From NCBI GenBank assembly GCA_963665275.2, contig CAXXIN010000007.1:256001-320000 (forward strand): a DNA stretch of 64,000 nucleotides, in the 5' to 3' direction. A program made the translations under genes and the position numbers. The notes beneath the pieces were generated by a model. That model was not told the origin of the DNA and searched no databases. It worked only from the letters and a program-made list of their open reading frames with translations. This stretch comes from Negativicutes bacterium. Its GTDB lineage: Bacteria > Bacillota > Negativicutes > UBA1444. Positions 20,531 to 30,261 of the stretch are shown one piece after another (within the stretch, counting starts at the first letter, position 1; every line of letters starts with the position of its first letter).

Positions 20531-21715
20531 TCAGGCCTCGATGCTCCATTTTGCCTTGATATCCGCAATGGCTTCATCGCTGTACCCAAGACTCTTTAAT
20601 ACTTCGTCCTGATTTTGACCAAGAGCCGGCGGTCGGTTATTGTTGGCTTTCACTGCCGAGAATTTCAGCGGATTTCCCTTCATCTTCAAGGGGGTTCCTT
20701 TGTGCGTCGCATTTTCGACGATCATCTCGCGTGACAGCAGTTGCTCATTGGTGAACAAGTCCCGGGTTGTGTTGATTTTGGCGCACGGCACGCCGACTTT
20801 ATCAAGTTGGGCCAGCGGAACATCGATGTCATCGAAGGTTTTCAGCCAGTCTTCAATCAGTTTGATCATTTTGGGCAAGTTTTTGATCCGCGCCACAACC
20901 GTGTTGAATTCAGGATCATCTATTAGGTCCGGCCGTTGCATCACATTACAGAGCGCCGCCCACAACTTGACATTGGGAGCGCAAATGACTGCGAAATCCT
21001 CTTTCCCCTGAAATACGCCAAACGGAGCCAACGTAAGAGGATTGTTGCCGCTCCGACGGACATAGTTTCCGGCCGCATTGTGCTCGACATATGCGTTAAA
21101 GGCGACAATGGAATCCAGGAGTGCGATATCGATCTGTTGGCCCTGACCGGTACGCTCGCGGTGATACAAGGCACTGGCGATAGCTCCGAAGGCATGTGCG
21201 CCTGCACTGCAGTCAGCCAGCACAATGCCGAGCCTTGTCGGAGGACCACCGGGCTCACCTGTCAAATCCATGACTCCGCTCAAGGCTTGAGCGATCATGT
21301 CATAGCCCGGTTTGCTCTTCATCGGTCCGGTTTGTCCGTAGGCTGATACAGAACAGTAGATTACTTTGGGGTTGATCTTCTTGACATCTTCGTAACTCAG
21401 ACCGAACTTGGCCATGGTCCCCGGTTTGAAGCTTTCCGTTACAACATCGGCGGTCTCAATCAACTTTTTGGCGATTTCAATTCCTTGCGGGTCATCCATG
21501 TCCAGAACGATAGACTTTTTACCGCGATTTCCCCAGAAAAAACCCACAGCAGTTCCATCAAGCTGCGGCGAATAATTTCTCTGATCATCGCCAAGTTTTG
21601 GTTTTTCGATTTTGATGACTTCAGCGCCAAAATCAGCCAGCATTACTGTAGAATAGGGCCCCGCCGTGTTCATCGTAAAGTCCACTACTTTTACCCCATC
21701 AAAAATGTTTTGCAT
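20531..21715 (-). CDS. CoA-transferase family III (CaiB/BaiF)
   Basis: AGPY...LADFGAEVIKIE, NRGKKS, PGYDMIAQALSG, catalytic Asp in VLAD. Confidence 0.93.
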   Translation of the reverse strand: MQNIFDGVKVVDFTMNTAGPYSTVMLADFGAEVIKIEKPKLGDDQRNYSPQLDGTAVGFFWGNRGKKSIVLDMDDPQGIEIAKKLIETADVVTESFKPGTMAKFGLSYEDVKKINPKVIYCSVSAYGQTGPMKSKPGYDMIAQALSGVMDLTGEPGGPPTRLGIVLADCSAGAHAFGAIASALYHRERTGQGQQIDIALLDSIVAFNAYVEHNAAGNYVRRSGNNPLTLAPFGVFQGKEDFAVICAPNVKLWAALCNVMQRPDLIDDPEFNTVVARIKNLPKMIKLIEDWLKTFDDIDVPLAQLDKVGVPCAKINTTRDLFTNEQLLSREMIVENATHKGTPLKMKGNPLKFSAVKANNNRPPALGQNQDEVLKSLGYSDEAIADIKAKWSIEA

Positions 21716-21732
21716 GACAAACTCTCCTTTTG

Positions 21733-22425
21733 TTATTTACTGTTTTTTTCGTATTCGGCCAGTACTTCCTGATACCTACGGTATCCTGGAGATATCGGTT
21801 CCTTGCTGAGCAGCGTCAGAACGACCAGGATCGCCAGGCCCAAACCCAGGGATGGCCACAACGGCTGCACTCCGAACGGATTATTGGCAAAATGCCATGC
21901 AGCTGCCAACAATCCGCCAATGCACAAAGACCAAAACGCGGCATCTTTTGTCACCCGTGGCCAGAAGAGAGCTATGGCCAGCACAACTCCGCAATAGCCC
22001 TGATTTGAAAGGCGCCAAGCGCAGAATGCAAAATCGACGTCGCCTGCAAACCAAAGTAGGTACCGATCACCCCTACCGCCACGACCATAATTCTGGAAAA
22101 AACCAGCTGTTCCTGCGGCGTTGCTTCAGGTTTCATGAAACCTTTGTAAAAATCTCTGGTCAACACTGTTGCAACGATGAGTAGGACCGACGGAGCCGTT
22201 GAAAATATGGCTGCAATTACCGCCATGCTGGCCAATCCGCCCATCAGCTTTACCCACCGTTGCGGCGCCTGAAATCATTTCGCCAAAAAGCAGCATCGTT
22301 ACCATTAAAGCGCCCAGATTTCTCTTGGCGACCAAATAATCTTGAACGTCTTTACTTTTTCTTACAGCATAAATACCGATCAGAGTGGTGCCCACAAGAT
22401 ATAAGACCATTAAAGAAGCAGCCAA
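21733..22425 (-). pseudogene. Sodium:solute symporter pseudogene (deleted and frameshifted)
   Basis: N-terminal DYLVAKRNLG..ISGAATVG, middle AAIFSTAPS..TRDFY and a C-terminal TM piece in different frames; only about 690 bp. Confidence 0.85.
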
Positions 22426-22493
22426 ACTATCGCCTTCTTTTATTTATTTGAATGTTCACCTTCCCGGCGAACATTCAATCGCCAAGTTCTCGG

Positions 22494-23780
22494 TCAAATC
22501 GCCCGAAAAGCAGTCCACCCGTCAGAGATTAGCTGCCCGAAAGTCGCGTGTTTTTTCATAATGCCCAGCATAGCCTTGGTCATTTTTTCCGGCGTCTTAC
22601 CATCCACTGTGAACATAAACTTCATGGCGTCGTTAGCAAGTGCAGGGTATTGTTTGGCCATACGAGGAATTTCAATAATATGGGGCCAGCCTGCAAAAAG
22701 CCTCATGGTAGGCATTAGGCCCAATTGCTCCAACTCATTCATATACATTGAACCCATCTTCGCTGGCTCCCCGTTCGCCGCGATCACCGCATTGGCAGCT
22801 GCCAGCCCGCTGACAATCGCCAGGTCGATGCCTCGCAGGATCGTTCCGGAGTTAACGCAGAAACCGGCCGCATCGCCGACCAGCAGCAATCCTTCACGGT
22901 GCAGTTTGGCAGGCATTCCACTTAGACCCAGCTCGGGCACCAGATGCGCCCCGTATTCCACCGTTTTTCCCCCTGCAATCAGAGGAGCGATGGCTGGATG
23001 CATTTTGAAGTCCTGCATGATTTCGTGAACACTGCGCTTGTTTTTGCCTGCTTGTTCTGGATTGAACACCACACCCAGTGAGACGCTGCCCTGATTTGTA
23101 TAGATAAAACCGCCGCCGGAAATCCCGTCCGTGCAGCCGATGACCACACGCGCGGCTCCTTCATCCCCCTGCAGGTTAAACCGGGAAGCAATCAAATCAT
23201 CAGAAATCTCGATGATCTCCTTGACTCCCACACCGACAGAGGCGGCGGTGATATCTTGACGCAAGCCAGCTTTTTGGGCGATGAACGAACTGATACCGTC
23301 TGCAGCAATCACCACATCGGCGTACATTTCATCTTCGCCGGCAACGATACCGACGATTTTCCCGTCTTTTTCAATCAGATTATCCACCAGAATCCCTGTA
23401 GCTACCATGGCGCCCTGATTTTCGGCTTCGCCGGCGAACCACTCATCGAATGGAGCCCTTAGAACCGAATACGACTGGGGCACATCTTCGCCGAACTCAT
23501 AATCCACATAATCCATGGTAACGGCGCTCTTGGACCCGAGCATCATGACCTGTTCGCGAATTACCTTGCGCTGCAGGGGCGCTTTGGCATAAAGGCCCGG
23601 CTCAATAAGCTCCAATGCATAGGTGTAGAGCCGGCCGCCTGTGACATTCTTGCTGCCTGCCGAGTTGCCGCGCTCTACCAGCAGCACATTTTCCCCCGCG
23701 CGTGCGAGCACATAGGCGCAGGCAGATCCGGCAGGGCCGGCGCCTATGATAATGGCATCAAATTTTTCCTCGTCTGACAT
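22494..23780 (-). CDS. fixC: FixC-type ETF-linked flavoprotein oxidoreductase
   Basis: GAGPAG, ERG..AGSKNVTGGRLY, EYGAHLVPE, GDAAG; start reset to MSDEEKF. Confidence 0.92.
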   Translation of the reverse strand: MSDEEKFDAIIIGAGPAGSACAYVLARAGENVLLVERGNSAGSKNVTGGRLYTYALELIEPGLYAKAPLQRKVIREQVMMLGSKSAVTMDYVDYEFGEDVPQSYSVLRAPFDEWFAGEAENQGAMVATGILVDNLIEKDGKIVGIVAGEDEMYADVVIAADGISSFIAQKAGLRQDITAASVGVGVKEIIEISDDLIASRFNLQGDEGAARVVIGCTDGISGGGFIYTNQGSVSLGVVFNPEQAGKNKRSVHEIMQDFKMHPAIAPLIAGGKTVEYGAHLVPELGLSGMPAKLHREGLLLVGDAAGFCVNSGTILRGIDLAIVSGLAAANAVIAANGEPAKMGSMYMNELEQLGLMPTMRLFAGWPHIIEIPRMAKQYPALANDAMKFMFTVDGKTPEKMTKAMLGIMKKHATFGQLISDGWTAFRAI

Positions 23781-23832
23781 CAGAGCACCTCTGCTTTCTG
23801 TACTTGTTAACGATTGGGCTACTTTTTCACGC

Positions 23833-24126
23833 TCAGCCGAATCGATAACTAATCCCAAAAGTTCCTCTGGGATACACCCATTTGACAATTCCTTTGTTCT
23901 TGCATACCACCCGGCAAGTTCCGCACTCTAGACATCCGGCATAATCAAAGCTGATTTCGTCGGTATTCTCCAGTTTGTAAAGAACGGCCGGACAAGCATA
24001 CAGACATGGCTTTTCAACGCATTTTGCACAGATAGACTTATTTAGCATAATATGAGGTTCTTCCTCATCCACGTTAAACTTGTCAAGGCTTAACAATTCT
24101 GTCGCTTCTAAGCGATTAATGCTCAT
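23833..24126 (-). CDS. fixX: FixX-type ferredoxin
   Basis: CPA.LY, GCLECGTCRVVC, W.YPRG.FG. Confidence 0.92.
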   Translation of the reverse strand: MSINRLEATELLSLDKFNVDEEEPHIMLNKSICAKCVEKPCLYACPAVLYKLENTDEISFDYAGCLECGTCRVVCKNKGIVKWVYPRGTFGISYRFG

Positions 24127-24151
24127 TTCGTCTCTCCCCTTTGAATTCCAA

Positions 24152-25057
24152 TTAGCCCTTTTTCACTTCTTGCGTCAGCAGAGGAGCAATTTCATACAAG
24201 TCGCCTACGATACTATAATCAGCTGCTTGAAAAATAGGCGCTTTTTCATTGTTATTGATCGCTACGATAATTTTCGAATCCCGTATTCCCACCACATGCT
24301 GCACTTGTCCCGAAACGCCCAGAGAGACGTATAGGGAGGGTTTGACGGATACGCCGGAAATACCGATGTAACTCGGCAGCCATCGGCGCTCTTCAGCAAT
24401 TGTCCGTGTGCAGCCTATTTCAGCACCGATTGCCTGAGCTAGCTCCTCGACCATTTTCAGATCTTCTTTTTTGTCCACGCCCAACCCGATACAGACGATT
24501 TTATCGGCTGCGGACAAATCGACAGAAGTCCTGACCGCGCAGGCCGTTTCCAGAAGCGCGACCCGCGAATCCGCTTCTGCTTGGACCTTCACTATTTCAG
24601 CGCAACCTGTTGCTGCTGCTTCGAATTTGCCTGAGGGGATGGTGACAACTGCCAGACCTTCGCTAACCTCTGACAAACTGACCGCACCGCCATACATCAT
24701 CCGGGTAGTGGTTAGCTTGCCGGCATCCAGTTGCACTTCAGACACATCGCTGATCATCGCACATCCGAGATAACCGGCGACCCGTGCCGCGATGTCCCGG
24801 CCCCGGTCGGAAACACCGACTGCAAAAAGTTCGGCGCCTTCCGTTTGCAAAAAAGCGGCTACTGCTTTGGCGTAATTTTCTACCAAGAGGCTTTCCCCCT
24901 TGAACAGAAAAACCTTTTGCGCGCCAGATCCAGCAACCTCTGCTGCTGTTTTCTCATCAAACGCAATAATGTTGGCAGCTTTTCCTGACTTTTGTGCGAA
25001 TCCCACAAGTTCCGCGGCCGCGCCCGCATCTTCGCAATAAATATATATACCCGCCAT
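24152..25057 (-). CDS. fixB: Electron transfer flavoprotein alpha subunit
   Basis: GCTR, YIGISG, GVSGQVQHVVG, APIFQAADY. Confidence 0.92.
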   Translation of the reverse strand: MAGIYIYCEDAGAAAELVGFAQKSGKAANIIAFDEKTAAEVAGSGAQKVFLFKGESLLVENYAKAVAAFLQTEGAELFAVGVSDRGRDIAARVAGYLGCAMISDVSEVQLDAGKLTTTRMMYGGAVSLSEVSEGLAVVTIPSGKFEAAATGCAEIVKVQAEADSRVALLETACAVRTSVDLSAADKIVCIGLGVDKKEDLKMVEELAQAIGAEIGCTRTIAEERRWLPSYIGISGVSVKPSLYVSLGVSGQVQHVVGIRDSKIIVAINNNEKAPIFQAADYSIVGDLYEIAPLLTQEVKKG

Positions 25058-25827
25058 TACAGGACACCCTCCTTTTTAAGGTTGGAGACCAGCTCGCGCA
25101 CTTTACTGGAAGAGTCCCCTTCGGCAATGATGATATTCTTGCGCTGCATGACATAGGCTTTCATGGCTTGTCTTTGCGTTTTTGCCTTTAGGTCCGCAAC
25201 ACCCAATTGTTCCGCGCTAAGTTCCACAACCTTCTTTTTGCTTGCGCCAATAACCGCTTTCAAACTGGGAATAGGAGCTGGATTAATTTCAGGAAGAACA
25301 CTGACGACTGCCGGCAATTCGACCTGCACCGTCTCGGTACATTCCTTCAAACTTCTTACTGCCGTGAGCATATTGCCATCAACGCTGAGCCGGGTCACCG
25401 AAGTAATGACCGGCCAGTCAAGCGTTGCACCGAGCCGGGGAGCTGTCTGGCGTGCGTAAACGTCGCTGGAGCCTTCAGCGCATATCACTAATTTTGCTTC
25501 TTCTATCTGTGTGACTGCCGCCACGAGAACCTTGGAAGTCACGAACCCATCAGCTGTATCTGCCAGCGAACTATTTACCCAGTACGCTTCTTCCGGTCCC
25601 CTGGACAAAACGTCCTTAAGGGAGGTTTTGGCTTGTGCCGTCCCAAAGGTCAGCGCCACCGCTTTCCCTCCGATATTTTTCGCAGCCAGAACTGCTGCTT
25701 CGATTGCATTCTTGTCATAGTCGCTGATTTTCCATTTTGCTTTACTGCAATCGATGGACAGATCAGCATTCACTTTGATATCCGCTTCATCCACTACCCA
25801 CTTATAGCAAGCTATTATAGTTGGCAT
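25057..25827 (-). CDS. fixA: Electron transfer flavoprotein beta subunit
   Basis: IIACYK, YDKNAIEAA, LSRGP, EGSSD. Confidence 0.92.
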   Translation of the reverse strand: MPTIIACYKWVVDEADIKVNADLSIDCSKAKWKISDYDKNAIEAAVLAAKNIGGKAVALTFGTAQAKTSLKDVLSRGPEEAYWVNSSLADTADGFVTSKVLVAAVTQIEEAKLVICAEGSSDVYARQTAPRLGATLDWPVITSVTRLSVDGNMLTAVRSLKECTETVQVELPAVVSVLPEINPAPIPSLKAVIGASKKKVVELSAEQLGVADLKAKTQRQAMKAYVMQRKNIIIAEGDSSSKVRELVSNLKKEGVL

Positions 25828-25882
25828 CTTGTGCCCTCCTTAAAAGAAAATTTAAGACGCTTTCCGTGATTTCATCGCCACC

Positions 25883-27010
25883 TTATTTGGTTTTGGGGAA
25901 AATCTTCCGGGCGATGATCATTTTCTGGATTTCGCTGCTGCCCTCGACGATCGGCAGGATTCGGGCATCCCTGAAATAGCGTTCCACTCCGCCGTCCTCG
26001 ATCACACCATATCCGCCACAGATTTGAATCGCACGATCAGTGACATGACAGGCCATTTCAGTCGAAAACAGTTTGGCGATGGACGCTTCCAGCGAAAACG
26101 GCTGATTTGCATCTGCCAGTTCAGCGGCACGATACACCATGGCCCTGGCAACTTCAATTTCTTTCAACATATCAGCGGCATAATGCTGAATAACCTGCAA
26201 GTGCGAAAGCGGTTTACCGAACTGTACTCTCTGCTTGGCATACTCAACAGTGAGATTGAACGCGCCTTGCGCGAGTCCTAGCGCCATCGCGGCAATATTC
26301 ATCCGGCCGACATCGAGAGAGGACAACACGACATGCAACCCTTTGTTCTCGACGCCCATCATGTTCTGTGCCGGGACACGACAATTTTTCAAATAAAGTT
26401 CGGCCGTGTCCGAGCCATGCATGCCCAGCTTCCGATAGTGTCCGCCGATAGAATAACCCGGGAAAGTTTTCTCTACGATGAATGACGAAATCCCTCCAGG
26501 GGCAGTCTCGTTCGTGAGCGCCGAAACCAGAAAAGCATCGGCATGGATCGAACTGATGTAGATTTTAGTTCCGTTCAACACCCATTCGTTGCCATCTTTC
26601 ACAGCTGTTGTCTGGATATTGGCGGCATCGGAACCTGCAGAGGCCTCCGTAAAGGCAAATCCCATATGATATTCACCAGTGGCGAGTTTACTCAGATATT
26701 TTTCCTTGTGCAGTTGTGTTCCGGCTTTATTGATTGCAATGGCGCCCAAGTTATTGCACATGGACCCACCGATAAACCCTTCTTTGGACAATTCTTCCAT
26801 GATCAGAGCTTGGGTCATCATTCCTGCGCCCAGTCCGCCCCACTCTTCTGGAATCATGATCCCTCTCAGGCCCAACTCGCCGGCGCGTGCAAGCAAATCA
26901 TCGGGACGCGTGTCGGTTTGATCGATTTCCTTGGCCCGCGGGCGAATTTCATTCACCGCGAACTCCTTGGCGATATTGACCATCAACTGTTGATCTTCTG
27001 TAAGCATCAT
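25883..27010 (-). CDS. Acyl-CoA dehydrogenase (butyryl-CoA dehydrogenase-like)
   Basis: FTEASAGSD, KLGMHGSDT, R.QFGKP, IVEGSSEIQ. Confidence 0.92.
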   Translation of the reverse strand: MMLTEDQQLMVNIAKEFAVNEIRPRAKEIDQTDTRPDDLLARAGELGLRGIMIPEEWGGLGAGMMTQALIMEELSKEGFIGGSMCNNLGAIAINKAGTQLHKEKYLSKLATGEYHMGFAFTEASAGSDAANIQTTAVKDGNEWVLNGTKIYISSIHADAFLVSALTNETAPGGISSFIVEKTFPGYSIGGHYRKLGMHGSDTAELYLKNCRVPAQNMMGVENKGLHVVLSSLDVGRMNIAAMALGLAQGAFNLTVEYAKQRVQFGKPLSHLQVIQHYAADMLKEIEVARAMVYRAAELADANQPFSLEASIAKLFSTEMACHVTDRAIQICGGYGVIEDGGVERYFRDARILPIVEGSSEIQKMIIARKIFPKTK

Positions 27011-27152
27011 AATTTTTTGTCCCCTTTTCTTTTTTTACTATTTTGGCTGTCATATCCCGACTCCATCTGTTAGGAATGCACAGCAAAAAACCAAAATATA
27101 ACTATACATGCGCAACATTGTGAAATTTTGAACGATACACCCATAACCGTAT

Positions 27153-27169
27153 CGCAAGTATCATGCCAA
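27153..27169 (-). promoter_or_regulatory. Sigma-54 -24/-12 promoter of the acyl-CoA/ETF operon
   Basis: TTGGCATGATACTTGCG on the minus strand about 140 bp upstream of the first ATG; a sigma-54 activator gene flanks the operon. Confidence 0.8.
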
Positions 27170-27261
27170 TCTTTTTATGCTTTTTCCCCGCAATCGTAAA
27201 AACCATTGGAAATCCCGGTGTTGTTGATTTTTATTCACCCTGTAGCGTAAGCCAAATTAAT

Positions 27262-27289
27262 ATGTGGAGCACCCTAAAGTGCTCCACAT
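27262..27289. promoter_or_regulatory. Candidate upstream activator site (enhancer)
   Basis: ATGTGGAGCAC-6-GTGCTCCACAT perfect 11-bp palindrome about 95 bp upstream of the -24 element. Confidence 0.5.
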
Positions 27290-27553
27290 TGTGTACCATA
27301 AATAAAAAAACGTCACCTACCAATGTGACATTTTGATTTGCTTATCCGCATGCCAATTTGGGCTTCGTGGGTTCGTTGCGCGCCCATTGAATAAACAAAT
27401 TTTCCCTATCTTACTCTTAATAGCAATCACAGTTGTGGTAAAATAATTTCCAGATTGGTCAAGCAGGTTTTGAGTTAAGCATTATTTCAAGTTACATTGA
27501 CAAGACAAAACGAAATGAGAACGCTGAAATGAACAAGCTAGGAGAAAATAGCG

Positions 27554-28054
27554 ATGGATATTATTAAGGGACAGAAAGAAGACCTATCCGACATTCTTGA
27601 TATAATTTCTAAATGTATAAAGCATATGGAAAGTCAAGGCATATACCAATGGAATAAATTTTATCCAAATTTAGATATTATTGAAAATGATATTAAGAGT
27701 GCGGACTGCTACGTTTTAAAGGATAATGGAAAGTGTGTAGCATATGTAGCAATAAATGAGGAGCAATCCCCAGAATACAGTCAAATAAACTGGTTTACTG
27801 ATGGAAGAAAGATATTAGTTATTCATAGATTATCTGTTCATCCTGAATTTCAGGGAAAAGGGATTGCAAAAAAAATATTAAAATTTATTGAGGATTTTGC
27901 TACTGAAAATAACTATTCATGTATTAGATTAGATGCTTATAGTGGAAATGAAAAAGCACTTAAGCTATATGAGAATTTTGGTTATAAGAAAGTCGGACAG
28001 TTTCATTTTCCCAAAAGAGACCTTCCTTTCTATTGCTATGAGAAAAACACTTAG
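27554..28054 (+). CDS. GNAT family N-acetyltransferase (AT-rich)
   Basis: IHRLSVHPEFQGKGIA, N.KALKLYENFGY; RBS AGGAG. Confidence 0.9.
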   Translation: MDIIKGQKEDLSDILDIISKCIKHMESQGIYQWNKFYPNLDIIENDIKSADCYVLKDNGKCVAYVAINEEQSPEYSQINWFTDGRKILVIHRLSVHPEFQGKGIAKKILKFIEDFATENNYSCIRLDAYSGNEKALKLYENFGYKKVGQFHFPKRDLPFYCYEKNT

Positions 28055-28075
28055 TTTATTGATAACTGCTCCCCA

Positions 28076-29953
28076 ATCGAGTAGGAGGGGGCGGCGAGCC
28101 CCCGACCTCTCACACCACCGGACATGCGGGTCCGCATCCGGCGGTTCCCAAGGATTGACGAAGTTTTCCATAGTGTGCAAGCAAACTCAACAGCCCTTGA
28201 CGTTCCCAATAGGTAACGTCGAGGGCATTATTTGTGTTGCGGGCCATGGCCCAGGGTCCCTTGCTGGATTTGGCCATCATCCACGCCGCCCACTCCGGTA
28301 CGCCCAGCGCCCGGAGGTTTCGGAAACGTGTCCACGCCCTCTTCCATTGTTTCCAGAGGCACATGCGCAGTCGCCGCCGTAACCATTGGTCCAGTTCCCC
28401 GCAATGCTTCTTGGCCGATGCCACATGGAAATATCCAATCCAGCCCCGCAGATACTGGTTAACCTGCCGGATTCTTTCTTCCATCGCCACGGACCATGTT
28501 CGGTTCGTGAGTTGTCGGATTCTCTCCTTGCAACGCTCCAGCGTCTTTGGCGCTAACCGGATGGTTCCCGCTTTGTCGTTCAAGAAACTAAAGCCAAGAA
28601 ACTTTCGCTTCCACGGTCGGTCTACTGCACTCTTCTCCCGGTTTACCTTGAGTTTGAGCTTGCCTTCCACAAACCGGACCACCGATTCCATCACCCGAAC
28701 TCCTGCCCGCCTGCTTCGCACGAACAAGTTGCAGTCGTCCGCGTAGCGGACGAACCGATGCCCGCGCCGCGCCAGTTCCCGGTCCAAGTCATCGAGCAGA
28801 ATGTTCGACAATAGCGGACTCAACGGACCGCCCTGCGGCGTTCCCTCTGTTGTCCTACTTACTACGCCACATTCCATGACTCCGGCGCTTAAGTAACTGC
28901 GGATGAGTTTCAGAACTCGTTTGTCTCCCACTCTTCGCGCCACCCGCGCCATCAACATGTCGTGGTTGACCCGGTCGAAGAATTTCTCTAGGTCCATGTC
29001 CACGACAAACCGATAGCCTTCCCGGATGTGTTCCTGCGCCCGCCGGATTGCGTCATGCGACCGTTTCCCCGGCCGGAAGCCGTAGCTTTCCGGGCTGAAG
29101 TAAGGATCGAATATCTGGGTCAGTGTCTGCAGAAGGGCCTGCTGGATCAGGCGATCCAATACGGTTGGGATACCCAGCGCCCGCGTCCCGCCTCCGGGTT
29201 TTGGAATGTCCACCCGTTTCACGGGTTGCGGCCGGTAAGTTCCCGTTCGGAGCTGTTCTTTAGTTGTTTCCCAGTTGGTCTGGAGATATCCCGCCAGTGT
29301 GGCGGTATCCATCCCGTCGACGCCGGGAGCTCCTCCGTTTTGTTTCACCCGCTGGTAGGCGCGTTTCATGTTTTCCCGCTCCAGCGTTTTCTCCAGCAGT
29401 TCACCAGGGTCTTCGCGAGAGGGCAGGTCCACTTGTGCCGGTGATGGGCTCAGCGCTCCGGCATACTTTTGCGGCTTCACCGCTACTTTTTGCCGTAAGC
29501 CTTCTTCTGAAGTTGGCTGCTGTAATTGCTCATCACGCGAACGCATAGTTTCCCTCTCTTTCTTTGGGTTCGGCCCTTCCGGCGCGGCGTCCCGCTCTCC
29601 GTACTATGGCCTCGGCTGACTCCTGCGATTTCAGCGCCGCCTCACGGCGGCGGTTGCCGACTCAGTCGGCGTGACCGCAGGCCTCCCCGGATAAGAACGT
29701 CATCTTTCCACTCATGCACCTGCCCAAGTTTACTGCTTCAGCCCTTGGCGGCTTCGGACTTCGTCTTCTCGTGCAGACTCGTCCGGCTGAAACAGCCTCA
29801 AATTGGGTTCGTATACCTCAGGTCGAGCATTTGCCTCCAGCTTCCTTCAGATTCCGTCTCGCGACGGACACCCTTGCTCTTGGCTAACGGTAGGCGCTCG
29901 CCAGCCCCCGCTCGGGACTTTCACCCTATAGACGACGCCCATGCCGGGCGTAC
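28076..29953 (-). mobile_element. Group II intron, bacterial class C (IIC)
   Basis: 5' GTACGCCCGGCATGGGCG..CTATAGGGTGAAAGTCCCG; DV GAACCGCCGGATGCGGACCCGCATGTCCGGTGGTG; DVI ending CTACTCGAT; sits directly after a terminator hairpin. Confidence 0.92.
28110..29546 (-). CDS. ltrA: Group II intron reverse transcriptase/maturase, no endonuclease domain
   Basis: GAPGVDG, IPKPGGG.R.LGIPT..DR, GTPQGGPLSPLL, RYADD, X domain. Confidence 0.96.
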   Translation of the reverse strand: MRSRDEQLQQPTSEEGLRQKVAVKPQKYAGALSPSPAQVDLPSREDPGELLEKTLERENMKRAYQRVKQNGGAPGVDGMDTATLAGYLQTNWETTKEQLRTGTYRPQPVKRVDIPKPGGGTRALGIPTVLDRLIQQALLQTLTQIFDPYFSPESYGFRPGKRSHDAIRRAQEHIREGYRFVVDMDLEKFFDRVNHDMLMARVARRVGDKRVLKLIRSYLSAGVMECGVVSRTTEGTPQGGPLSPLLSNILLDDLDRELARRGHRFVRYADDCNLFVRSRRAGVRVMESVVRFVEGKLKLKVNREKSAVDRPWKRKFLGFSFLNDKAGTIRLAPKTLERCKERIRQLTNRTWSVAMEERIRQVNQYLRGWIGYFHVASAKKHCGELDQWLRRRLRMCLWKQWKRAWTRFRNLRALGVPEWAAWMMAKSSKGPWAMARNTNNALDVTYWERQGLLSLLAHYGKLRQSLGTAGCGPACPVV

Positions 29954-29956
29954 ACG

Positions 29957-29994
29957 AGAAACGCCTTCCAGTTAATACTCTGGAAGGCGTTTCT
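29957..29994 (-). terminator. Intrinsic terminator, target of the IIC intron
   Basis: agaaacgccttccag/ctggaaggcgtttct inverted repeat. Confidence 0.8.
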
Positions 29995-30230
29995 ATCGGA
30001 GTTCTTTTTGTTCCGAACTATTACTGAGCCACAAGGCCAATCCCGGCTCATCCATTTCGCTTTGCGCCACTCTCAACACAGCAGTGGCAGCTGCAGCTTC
30101 CGGGGCAATTATTTTCCAATCATTTAACAAGAGAAAAATATATGCTACAAGAAAACTTGTCCGTTTATTTCCATCAATAAATGGGGGATTCTGAATAGCC
30201 AGTGCAGACGATAAGAGCCCTATGTCGCGA
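29993..30230 (-). pseudogene. doc: Death-on-curing (Doc/Fic) toxin remnant
   Basis: RDIGLLSSALA fused to IQNPPFIDGNKRTSF..; Fic His replaced by Pro, internal deletion, no in-frame start. Confidence 0.8.
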
Positions 30231-30261
30231 TATAGTCATTTTTATATTACACTATTTATTA

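Noticed and set aside
19325..21715. Definite carnitine (caiAB) pathway
   Set aside because: No caiT, caiC or caiD in the window, and the dehydrogenase looks closer to YdiO; substrate left open
28110..29546. RT as a retron, DGR or defence-associated RT
   Set aside because: It is embedded in a full IIC ribozyme (5' end, DV, DVI) with a maturase domain; no TR/VR pair or msr-msd seen
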